This document shows, piece by piece, positions 8,140 to 15,960 of a stretch of DNA of 32,000 nt. The notes beneath the pieces are model-generated. The model searched no databases and was not told where the DNA came from. It saw nothing but the letters and a program-made list of their open reading frames with translations. This DNA is from Verrucomicrobiota bacterium (GTDB taxonomy: Bacteria > Verrucomicrobiota > Verrucomicrobiia > Chthoniobacterales > UBA6821), in NCBI GenBank assembly GCA_008932965.1, contig WBXG01000006.1, forward strand, positions 8,144-40,143. The letters run 5' to 3'. The position numbers were made by a program, and so were the translations under genes. Positions within the stretch are counted from its first letter, which is position 1. Each line of letters opens with the position of its first letter.

Positions 8140-8649
8140 TTGAATCCATACTCTAATATGACCTTGTTTTTTTTAAGAGCCTCTATTTTTTTTATAATAT
8201 CGGCCTTGGCCATCGGGGCACAAGCACCTTCGACCATACAAGAAGAGCCCCATTCTCAAAAAGATACTACTCCTCCTATCGATCTCCCAGCTCCTCTAGG
8301 AGAGGATATGAAAGGGATTTTCATCCCTCAATATGATGCTGAAGGGAATCCTACGATGAACTTTATTGCAGAAAAAGCGCGCAAAATTAGTGAACAAGAA
8401 CTCGAGGTTGATTCGCTAAACATTCAGTTTTTTGAACGAGATGGGAAGGATGTGACCGTATTTGTACCGCATGGAATATTTCATTTAGACACCAAAATTC
8501 TTTCTACCGATAGTGAGGTTACTATTAAACGTGAAGATTTTGAGATGGTGGGAGAATCCGCTGCCTTTAATACTTCAACGCGATATGGCACTATGAAAGG
8601 ACATGTGCACACAGAAATTCGCAATGGAATACCCGCTAAGACACTTTAA
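8140..8649 (+). CDS. lptC: LptC-like periplasmic LPS export protein (membrane-anchored)
   Basis: It has an N-terminal anchor (LFFLRASIFFIISALAIGA) and a beta-rich body ending ...EVTIKREDFEMVGESAAFNTSTRYGTMKGHVHTEI. It lies immediately upstream of lptA-lptB. The start could be TTG 8140 or ATG 8158. Confidence 0.55.
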   Translation: MNPYSNMTLFFLRASIFFIISALAIGAQAPSTIQEEPHSQKDTTPPIDLPAPLGEDMKGIFIPQYDAEGNPTMNFIAEKARKISEQELEVDSLNIQFFERDGKDVTVFVPHGIFHLDTKILSTDSEVTIKREDFEMVGESAAFNTSTRYGTMKGHVHTEIRNGIPAKTL

Positions 8650-8661
8650 ATAGGAGCAATA

Positions 8662-9240
8662 ATGATACGCTTTTTATTTTTTCGTAGGGGTCTTTTTGTA
8701 ATTCTGCTGATATGCTTTGTTCATTGGAGCATGGGTGCAACAGCCTTGGAGGGAACATCACCTCCTAGTGATCCCTTAAAACTAGGAATTGGGAGTAAGC
8801 CCCGACCCAAGAATGCACGAACTATTATCGATGCAGAAGAGGGAGCATGGTTTGATGATTTAACCAATACCATTGAATTTAATGGGCATGTGGTTGTGCA
8901 CGATCCGCAGTTTATCCTCTATTGCGACAAGTTGCATGTTGTGATGAATAAAAATCGCCAAGGCCTTCAGCAGGTTATCGCCACAGGCAATGTCATTATT
9001 GAACAAGAAAATACGAATGATCAAGGGGAGGCTATCAAATCCGTAGCACGTGCTGGCGAGGCTCTTTATGATCCCGCGACTGGCGATATGACACTGAAAA
9101 TAGGACCTCAGATTCAACAAGGTCGAAGCTATCAAGTAGCAACAGAAGAGGGCACAGTGATGATTCTCAATAATAAGGGAACTTCAAGGACCATTGGAAA
9201 AAGTCGGGCTATGGTCGTCGACCCTGGCCAAACACCCTAG
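8662..9240 (+). CDS. lptA: LptA/OstA-N domain periplasmic LPS transport protein
   Basis: A signal peptide is followed by an OstA_N-like pattern (IEFNGHVVVHDPQFILYCDKLHVVMNKN...VIATGNVIIEQ). AGGAG lies 7 nt upstream of the ATG. It sits between lptC-like and lptB. Confidence 0.75.
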   Translation: MIRFLFFRRGLFVILLICFVHWSMGATALEGTSPPSDPLKLGIGSKPRPKNARTIIDAEEGAWFDDLTNTIEFNGHVVVHDPQFILYCDKLHVVMNKNRQGLQQVIATGNVIIEQENTNDQGEAIKSVARAGEALYDPATGDMTLKIGPQIQQGRSYQVATEEGTVMILNNKGTSRTIGKSRAMVVDPGQTP

Positions 9241-9273
9241 CCTGGATATTTCTTACTGAAATATCTGGGCTCA
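9237..9273. repeat. Minimal (about 35 bp) TIR-TIR hairpin of the repeat family
   Basis: Sequence: CTAGCCTGGATATTTC-TTACT-GAAATATCTGGGCTCA. The lptA stop codon TAG (9238-9240) lies in its terminal CTAG. Confidence 0.65.
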
Positions 9274-9312
9274 ACAATTCTTTACACTTTACTCAATACT
9301 CATTACCCGTTA

Positions 9313-10098
9313 TTGGGTGTGAGCCCTATGTCTTCTCATCATCCCTCTCCATTTTCTCCAGTAACATCGCACGATGAATCTATTTTAAGAACCGATGAGC
9401 TGGTAAAAATTTATAATGGGCGTTCCGTTGTCAATGGAGTGAACATTCATGTTCGGCCTGGTGAAATTGTTGGATTGTTAGGGCCTAATGGAGCAGGTAA
9501 AACGACTACATTTTATATGATCGTTGGACTCGTACGCCCAGATGGTGGTCGTACCTTCTTTAATGGGGTAGATGTCACTCATGAACCGATGTACAAACGA
9601 GCTCGTCTTGGTATGGGATACCTACCTCAAGAAGAGTCGATTTTTAGAAAGATGACGGTAGAGGAAAATATTCTCTCTATTTTACAAACAACCTCTCTGA
9701 ATCAACAACAGCAACGCGATCGTTGTGATGAATTGCTAACCCGTTTTGGGATTGATCATTTGGCTAAAAATGAGGCACTCACCTTGAGCGGTGGAGAAAA
9801 ACGCCGTTTGACCATTGCTCGTTCCTTAGTCATGAATCCTTCGCTCTTGATGCTCGATGAACCCTTTAGCGGTGTTGACCCTATTGCTGTTTATGATGTA
9901 CAGCAGGTTATTTCAGATCTACGTGATAGCGGCTTAGCAATTATTATTACAGATCATAATGTGCGAGAGACCTTGGCAATTACTGATCGTGCTTATCTTA
10001 TTTTTGAAGGGCGTGTTGAAAGTCAGGGAGACAAGGATTTCTTACTTCATGATCCAATTAGCCGTAAGCTTTATTTGGGAGAATCTTTTTCCATGTAA
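9313..10098 (+). CDS. lptB: LPS export ABC transporter ATP-binding protein
   Basis: It has Walker A GPNGAGKTT, the signature LSGGEKRR, Walker B LLMLDEPF and the LptB-like YLPQEESIFRKMTVEENI. The start is TTG 9313 or ATG 9328. Confidence 0.93.
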   Translation: MGVSPMSSHHPSPFSPVTSHDESILRTDELVKIYNGRSVVNGVNIHVRPGEIVGLLGPNGAGKTTTFYMIVGLVRPDGGRTFFNGVDVTHEPMYKRARLGMGYLPQEESIFRKMTVEENILSILQTTSLNQQQQRDRCDELLTRFGIDHLAKNEALTLSGGEKRRLTIARSLVMNPSLLMLDEPFSGVDPIAVYDVQQVISDLRDSGLAIIITDHNVRETLAITDRAYLIFEGRVESQGDKDFLLHDPISRKLYLGESFSM

Positions 10099-10151
10099 TT
10101 TTTAGACTTTTTTTTGTAATCTGATGATTCTTCTAATAAATTCCAAATCCT

Positions 10152-11156
10152 TTGCATCCCCTAAGGTGCCCAGCTTGTAATCCAGAATTTAAAAAAAGTT
10201 CAATTCCAAACATGCACAAAAATATTGTCAAAAAGCTTAGTGTTGCTGAATTTTTTACCCGTTATCAAAAAGAACTCCAATTAGAGCAGCTCAACAAAGA
10301 ATTAGGTGAGGAATCTTACATTAAGGAGCCTACCGTTAACCGGCCTGGGTTAGCACTTGCCGGATTTTTCAGGTATTTTCCATTTAAGCGTCTTCAGGTG
10401 GCTGGATATGCTGAGTTAAGTTATTTAAGGCATCTGCCAGTGGAAGAATGTGAGATGCGATTGAGAGAAATTTTTACACTTCGCATCCCGGCTCTTGTTA
10501 TTTCTCGCGGGTGCACGCTTTCCTCACAATTATTAAAACTTGCAGAAGAGTTTAAGGTACCTGTTCTTCGTACCCCGCTCATTACAATGGAATTTATTAA
10601 TGCGGCAACCATTGCTCTAGAAGAGGCATTTGCTCCGGTTACAACAGAATTTGGAAGCATGGTTGACATTCTTGGAATTGGTGTCCTCATCAAGGGTCAA
10701 ACAGGCATTGGTAAAAGTGAATGTGTCTTAGGGTTGATAGAACGTGGGTACAGTCTTGTGAGTGATGATATCACACGTTTTCGAAATTTTGAAGGTCGTG
10801 AATTATTTGGAACAAGTAGTGATGTGACACGATTTCATATGGAAATTCGCGGCATTGGTATTATTAATATTCCTGCCATTTTCGGTATCGGAGCTGTTCG
10901 TCCAGAAAAGAGACTTGACCTCATTGTTACCTTAAAAGATTGGAATGAAGTAGAGCATATTGAACGAGTGGGGCTCGACTTAGAATTTTTAACTATTCTA
11001 GGTATTGATATCCCTCATCTCACTATTCCTGTGAGGAATGGACGTGATGTTTCTCGTTTAGTAGAAGTTGCAGCACTAGATCAAAAACTCAAATCTATGG
11101 GCTATCATGCTGCTCTGGAATTCAATAATCGACTGCTTCAAGTCATGAAGGGGTAA
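10152..11156 (+). CDS. hprK: HPr kinase/phosphorylase
   Basis: It has the P-loop GQTGIGKSECVLGLIERGYSLVSDD and a central HprK-like pattern (MEIRGIGIINIPAIFG). It is followed directly by ptsH. ATG 10212 (MHKNIVKK...) is a more likely start than TTG 10152. Confidence 0.9.
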   Translation: MHPLRCPACNPEFKKSSIPNMHKNIVKKLSVAEFFTRYQKELQLEQLNKELGEESYIKEPTVNRPGLALAGFFRYFPFKRLQVAGYAELSYLRHLPVEECEMRLREIFTLRIPALVISRGCTLSSQLLKLAEEFKVPVLRTPLITMEFINAATIALEEAFAPVTTEFGSMVDILGIGVLIKGQTGIGKSECVLGLIERGYSLVSDDITRFRNFEGRELFGTSSDVTRFHMEIRGIGIINIPAIFGIGAVRPEKRLDLIVTLKDWNEVEHIERVGLDLEFLTILGIDIPHLTIPVRNGRDVSRLVEVAALDQKLKSMGYHAALEFNNRLLQVMKG

Positions 11157-11163
11157 AATTAAT

Positions 11164-11475
11164 ATGATGGATCCTAGTGATGATAAGAAAAATTTTAATG
11201 ATCCATTCTGTGTGATCAAGGATGTCACTATTAAAAATAGTAACGGTTTGCATGCTCGGCCTGCAGCACTCTTTGTGAAGACCGCTAATCAATTTCGTGT
11301 AGAAATTTCAGTAGAAAAAGAGGGAGAGCTTATCAATGGTAAAAGCATCATGGGATTGATGATGCTTGCTGCAGCAAAAGGGTCACAAATACGTCTGATT
11401 GCAAAAGGGGAAGAAGCAGTTGCTGCTATTGCTGCCCTTGAAGCGTTGATCATGAATTGCTTTGGTGAAGTGTAG
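11164..11475 (+). CDS. ptsH: Phosphocarrier protein HPr
   Basis: It has a His-15-type site (NSNGLHARPAALF) and a Ser-46-type site (NGKSIMGLMMLAA). Confidence 0.9.
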   Translation: MMDPSDDKKNFNDPFCVIKDVTIKNSNGLHARPAALFVKTANQFRVEISVEKEGELINGKSIMGLMMLAAAKGSQIRLIAKGEEAVAAIAALEALIMNCFGEV

Positions 11476-11499
11476 CAATAAGCTTTTGCAGCTGCTTTT

Positions 11500-11672
11500 T
11501 ACTCACCCTAATCGTGACGAGGAGGCCGCGAAGGCTGATGGGGTAAGGCAGGCGAGCATTTTGATGCAGGGCTGTATGTGTACATACTGCCCAAATCAAA
11601 ATGGGAGTCTAACGCAGCATCCATCTGACTTCGCGGTTTCCGTAGTAGATCAGTATGAAATATCCGGATTAA
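11500..11672 (+). mobile_element. Short-form palindromic MITE-like element with a degenerate left terminus
   Basis: The element runs ...TAATCGTGACGAGGAGGCCGCGAAGGCTGATGGGGTAAGGCAGG...GTAGTAGATCAGTATGAAATATCCGGATTAA. I count only 6 mismatches against the copy at 27032-27216 over about 160 nt aligned by eye. Confidence 0.85.
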
Positions 11673-11839
11673 CTGAAACAGGTCAAAAAAAAGACAACCC
11701 GCCACACCCAAAGGTGCGACGGGTTGTTGTTCCCCCCAGAACATTCTTTCAATTGATAGAAAAGTATAGTATAGGTAATTCTTTGCAATCCTTTTTTCTC
11801 AATAGAGGAAATATTCACTAGCACCTCCTCTCATTTTCT

Positions 11840-13402
11840 ATGCTTTCTGTTATTCGTAAAAATCAGCATTTTTTAACGTTTTTTATTGTTCTTTTTACAA
11901 TTGTTTCTTTTATCTGGCTTTATAATAGAACGAATTTATCTCAAATCGGTGTTAATGATGTCGCCACCGTTTACGGGCATGTGATCCAAAAGTCAGAATG
12001 TGAACGTGAGATTCGTGACTATCGTCTTGCAGTTGCCCTGGGGTTAACTGAGTTCGTGAATGATCTCGGTGGTTTTGCAGAAAATGAAGAAGTGGCCCTC
12101 ACCTCTTTTGTTTTTAATACGTTAGTGATTCAACATGAAGCCCCAAAATTAAGCATTGTACCAACCGATGAAAACATCGCAACGGTGATTCAATCATTTC
12201 CTATGTTCCAGACAGATGGATCTTTTGACAGTAGTAAGTATGCCCTTTTTTTGCAGGAGCAACTTATTCCACGTGGCTTTACAGAGCACCACTTAGAAGA
12301 AGTAGTACGTGATTCTCTCTATTTTAAAAAATTATATCAACTCATCACTGCACCAGTAATTGTGAGTGAAGCTCAGGTACGAGAAGCAGCCCAGATCTAT
12401 CAACCGGTGAGCCTGCAGGTTCTTAGTTTTGATCAAGATCATTATTTTAAGAATCTCGGGGGGGAGGCTCTAACCCCTGCAGAAAAAAAAGAATATTACG
12501 AAAAAAATAAATCACTCTTTGTCAATGAGGAGGAAAGAGCGGTTGATTATCTCTGTTTTACGCTCCCTTTGAATCAACAAAATTTACAAGGAAAGGACCG
12601 TGTTAAAGCCCTGCAGGCGCTTTCTGAGACTGCTTCTGGTTTTAAACAACAGACCCAAGAAGAACAACAGAACGGAAAAGATTTTGAAAAAAGTGCTGCA
12701 AAATATGGTTTTCACGTTGTTAAAACTGCCACTTTTAAGAAAAAAGAATCGGAATCTACTACTCCAGCAAAAACAAAGCTACCTCCTCCGGAGCTGATCT
12801 CCACTGCGTTCAAGCTTACTAATGTGGGAGCTATTTCTGAGATCATTCAAAGTGGAGATCATTTTTATATTCTTTCTTTAAGACAACTCATTCCTGCAAG
12901 ACCATTAACCTTGGAAGAAGCTGATTCGAAAATTGAGAAAATATTGCGAGACCAAAAAGCTTTTCAAGCAGTTCAGGAGGCTTCTAGTAATGCGATTAAA
13001 AGTTTAAATCAAGCCATGAAAGCTGGAAAAACATTTGCTCAAGCAAGTACTGAACTTGGACTCAAGCCAGTCATCATTTCAGGAAGTGTTTCCCCTGCAT
13101 CCCCAAAGCGTTCTTTGCATGAGCAGCAATATCTTGCATCAACATTATCCCTAAAAGAAGGTGAGACGAGTCAAGTGAACCATGCCGAGTGGGGAGACTT
13201 TATTGTTACCTTACAACGAAGGGAGCCCCTCAGTGATCATGATTGGCAAATACATCATGCGAGTATCGAAGAGGAATTATTAGAGCAAGGGCGGCATCTG
13301 CTTTTTTTTGAATGGCTGCGCCAGGCCCGAGCAGATGCTAAGATTAGTATGATTGATGGACACCATCGCCGCAGTCTTTTCTCCTCTATTTTCGGAAAAT
13401 AA
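11840..13402 (+). CDS. PpiD/SurA-N-like membrane-anchored periplasmic chaperone
   Basis: It has an N-terminal TM segment (FLTFFIVLFTIVSFIWLY) followed by a SurA-N-like helical region. The length and architecture fit PpiD-type proteins. I could not confirm a parvulin signature. Confidence 0.6.
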   Translation: MLSVIRKNQHFLTFFIVLFTIVSFIWLYNRTNLSQIGVNDVATVYGHVIQKSECEREIRDYRLAVALGLTEFVNDLGGFAENEEVALTSFVFNTLVIQHEAPKLSIVPTDENIATVIQSFPMFQTDGSFDSSKYALFLQEQLIPRGFTEHHLEEVVRDSLYFKKLYQLITAPVIVSEAQVREAAQIYQPVSLQVLSFDQDHYFKNLGGEALTPAEKKEYYEKNKSLFVNEEERAVDYLCFTLPLNQQNLQGKDRVKALQALSETASGFKQQTQEEQQNGKDFEKSAAKYGFHVVKTATFKKKESESTTPAKTKLPPPELISTAFKLTNVGAISEIIQSGDHFYILSLRQLIPARPLTLEEADSKIEKILRDQKAFQAVQEASSNAIKSLNQAMKAGKTFAQASTELGLKPVIISGSVSPASPKRSLHEQQYLASTLSLKEGETSQVNHAEWGDFIVTLQRREPLSDHDWQIHHASIEEELLEQGRHLLFFEWLRQARADAKISMIDGHHRRSLFSSIFGK

Positions 13403-13468
13403 GATTCCTTAACTATCACGATGGTTTGACTCTGCTGGAGAACAGATCATGGTTCTAAAGTATATTTA

Positions 13469-13486
13469 TCCGGATATTTCATATGA
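13469..13486 (+). repeat. Solo terminal-repeat remnant overlapping the start codon of the TPR gene
   Basis: TCCGGATATTTCATATGA matches the family terminus CCGGATATTTCATACTGA. The ATG at 13483 lies within it. Confidence 0.5.
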
Positions 13487-13866
13487 AGGTGCATCTTAAT
13501 TCAGACTCTCATCATTCAGAGCTCTTTGATGAAGCAACAGGTGCTCTTGCTATTGGAGATCTTGAAGGTGCCGTCACCCTTTATCAGCAATGTGTCGACT
13601 TAGAGCCTGAATTTTTTGAAGGATGGCATGCCTTAGGAATGGCCTTGATGAAGATAGGTCGCTACTCGGATGCGATCCAAGCAGGATTACGAGCAACGGA
13701 GCTTGCTCCTAACGATCAACTGGCATGGTCAAGCCTTTCTCTTTTTTATGTTCGTAATCACCAAATTCCCGAGGCAGAAGCAGCAGGGGTGAAAGCAAAA
13801 ATTCTTTCATGGGGAGGAAAGATTGCACTTGGTGCTACGCAGAGAAGCCCGGATATTTCATCATGA
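13483..13866 (+). CDS. Small TPR-repeat protein
   Basis: The 127-aa product has TPR-like helices (GAVTLYQQCVDLEPEFFEGWHALGMALMKIGRYSDAIQAGLRATELAPNDQLAW). The last 5 codons (PDISS*) are encoded by a repeat terminus. Confidence 0.65.
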   Translation: MKVHLNSDSHHSELFDEATGALAIGDLEGAVTLYQQCVDLEPEFFEGWHALGMALMKIGRYSDAIQAGLRATELAPNDQLAWSSLSLFYVRNHQIPEAEAAGVKAKILSWGGKIALGATQRSPDISS

Positions 13867-13934
13867 AGTCTCATGCGGCGCTGCTGAGTCATATCGACGC
13901 TGCATTGTCACGATAAGCATGAAATATCTGGGAT
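13846..13934. repeat. Mini (about 89 bp) member of the repeat family
   Basis: The sequence runs AGCCCGGATATTTCATCATGAAG...GTCACGATAAGCATGAAATATCTGGGAT. Both termini are recognisable and the interior is heavily reduced. Confidence 0.65.
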
Positions 13935-14026
13935 CGAAAAATTGGAAAATCCTAGAATTCTCCTCTTATTACGTTTAGCTTCCTTCTCACAGTTTAATTT
14001 TCATTACCAATTTTCACTCTATCATC

Positions 14027-15892
14027 GTGAGCTATCGTGTCTTTGCCAGAAAATATCGCCCCCAACGATTCCAGGATGTCGTTGGTCAGCGGACTATTAT
14101 CCAAACGCTTCAAAATGCCATTAGCTCTCAAAAGCTTGCGCAAGCTTATCTCTTTGTTGGACCGCGTGGGGTTGGAAAAACCTCTATTGCCCGTATTTTT
14201 GCCAAAGCCCTCAACTGTTACCAAGGAGTAACAATCGATCCGTGTGGGTGTTGTTCTGCTTGTTTGGAAATTGCAGAAGGTCATAGCATGGATGTTCTGG
14301 AAATCGATGGAGCTAGTAATAATAGCGTCGAGAGCATCCGGACGCTTCGAGAGAATGCCGCCTTTGCACCTGTGCGAGGGCCTTACAAGATTTATCTCAT
14401 TGATGAGGTACATATGCTCACCACAGCTGCTTTTAATGCTCTTCTTAAGACGTTGGAGGAACCACCAGAACATGTGAAATTTATTTTTGCAACAACGGAG
14501 GCACAAAAACTTCCCTCCACCATTACGAGTCGATGCCAACGCTTTGACTTAAGTCGTCTCACCGAAAAAGAGATTGCTAATCATCTTCTTTTGATTGCAC
14601 AAAAAGAGGAAATCGCGTTGTCAGCAGAGGCTGCCTTAACAGTCGCTCACGGAGCTGATGGAGCGTTGCGGGATGCAGAATCGATGTTGGATCAGCTCGT
14701 GGCTTTTTGCGGCAAAACAATTTCGCAGCACGATGTGCAACACATTTTTGGATTTACTCCCAGTGATCTTGTTCATCAGCTAGGTAAAGCAATCCTTACG
14801 TTAGATGTCCATGCAGCATTGACATTAATTCAAGACCAGAGTGATGGAGGAAAGGATCTCTCTCGACTATTAAGTGATCTCATCTATTTTTTTCGCGATC
14901 TTCTCATTGAAACAGTCCATCCCTCCATGGAGCAGACCTGTTTTTCGATGCTTCGAGATTATCTCTCTTCAGAAAAGTTATTAACCCTTCTTGAGGAATT
15001 GGGAAAAGCTGAAGAACGCTTTAGATGGGCTACGAATAAGAAATTACAGTTTGATGTCCTTGCTATAAAAGCGATCCATCTTCTTCAAGAGGTAAGCCTC
15101 ACAGAAGTTCTCGAGGTTTTAACAACTCTCCGTGAAGGAAAGGCCCCTCCTGAAAAATTCAGGAAGCCAGTAGCAACATTGGTAAGAACCGAAGTGGACA
15201 AGAGTAAAAAAAATCATCAATCCCCCCTTGTCTCTTCTTCTCCAAAATTACTGGAAAGCGAGCCCCCTAGTCCCAATGATCCCAAGCCCCTAGCAATCTC
15301 CCCGGAGGAAAAAAGCGATCTCAGCCTCTCCTCCTCTGCCGTGCTACCAATGACTCCTTTAGACGAGGTGATCATTCCCATCAATAGAGAGTGCTGTAAC
15401 GTGGATGCTGTAGTAACTCCTCTTATCAATGACCCTTGGGGTGGCATTGCCACCGCTCTTGCCTTGGAATCACCCTTAAAATTTGGATGGCTCACTACTG
15501 GACGTTTTGTAGAACGAAAGAATCACCAGATGGTTATCGAGTTTCCCTCTTCTTATGAGGCCCAAACTGAAACCCTTTTTTGGTCCCAGGCACGAAAAAA
15601 AATTCAAGAGCGACTCACTCAAAATTTAGGAGAGAAAGTAGAATTAGTGACTCGTTTTACTGGAGAAGCCCTCGCCGAGGAAGTGTTGGATGAGGAGACC
15701 GTAGAACTAATGCCTTCTCAGGAGGCCCCCAAAGATAGTTCTCCTCAATCTGCTAAAAAAACAAAACCATCTCTATCTCAACAATCCCATACCATTCCAA
15801 CCCTGACCCAGGAGGAGCTAGATCATTTCAAAAATGATCCACTCATTAAAAAAGCGTTGGAGCTTTTTGAAGCTGAGATTGTGAAGAGCTAG
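14027..15892 (+). CDS. dnaX: DNA polymerase III subunit gamma/tau
   Basis: The start is GTG. It has Walker A GPRGVGKTS, a zinc module CGCCSAC, Walker B LIDEVHML and the sensor SRCQRF. The C-terminal half is long and Pro/Ser/Glu-rich. Confidence 0.93.
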   Translation: MSYRVFARKYRPQRFQDVVGQRTIIQTLQNAISSQKLAQAYLFVGPRGVGKTSIARIFAKALNCYQGVTIDPCGCCSACLEIAEGHSMDVLEIDGASNNSVESIRTLRENAAFAPVRGPYKIYLIDEVHMLTTAAFNALLKTLEEPPEHVKFIFATTEAQKLPSTITSRCQRFDLSRLTEKEIANHLLLIAQKEEIALSAEAALTVAHGADGALRDAESMLDQLVAFCGKTISQHDVQHIFGFTPSDLVHQLGKAILTLDVHAALTLIQDQSDGGKDLSRLLSDLIYFFRDLLIETVHPSMEQTCFSMLRDYLSSEKLLTLLEELGKAEERFRWATNKKLQFDVLAIKAIHLLQEVSLTEVLEVLTTLREGKAPPEKFRKPVATLVRTEVDKSKKNHQSPLVSSSPKLLESEPPSPNDPKPLAISPEEKSDLSLSSSAVLPMTPLDEVIIPINRECCNVDAVVTPLINDPWGGIATALALESPLKFGWLTTGRFVERKNHQMVIEFPSSYEAQTETLFWSQARKKIQERLTQNLGEKVELVTRFTGEALAEEVLDEETVELMPSQEAPKDSSPQSAKKTKPSLSQQSHTIPTLTQEELDHFKNDPLIKKALELFEAEIVKS

Positions 15893-15960
15893 CCTACATA
15901 CTGCTCCTTTTGATTCTCGATTCTTAGGTTCCATAGAATGATTGGATCTCTTTTTTTCTT

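Noticed and set aside
11688-11728. Imperfect 15-bp hairpin (ACAACCCGCCACACC-CAAA-GGTGCGACGGGTTGT) downstream of ptsH and the repeat copy as a terminator
   Set aside because: On the plus strand it is followed by TGTTCCCCCC, not a U-tract. The T-run is on the minus strand, where there is no upstream gene to terminate. It has two mismatches and its function is undetermined, so it is not listed as a feature.
11462-11821. 119-aa ORF starting inside the end of ptsH and running through the repeat at 11500-11672
   Set aside because: Its central part (…RDEEAAKADGVRQASILMQGCMCTYCPNQNGSLTQHPSDF.VSVVDQYEISGL) is simply the open forward frame of the repeat element. The same peptide recurs in ORF 26975-27340 and in the addB insert. 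It is an element-derived open frame, not an independent gene.
13994-14539. 181-aa minus-strand ORF, plus other antisense ORFs listed in the track (for example 665-883, 7393-7692, 10421-10693, 20632-20931, 29582-29986)
   Set aside because: They lie entirely antisense to, or out of frame within, strongly supported genes (dnaX, pnp, kdsA, hprK, addA, sctC). They have no recognisable motifs and are typical shadow ORFs.
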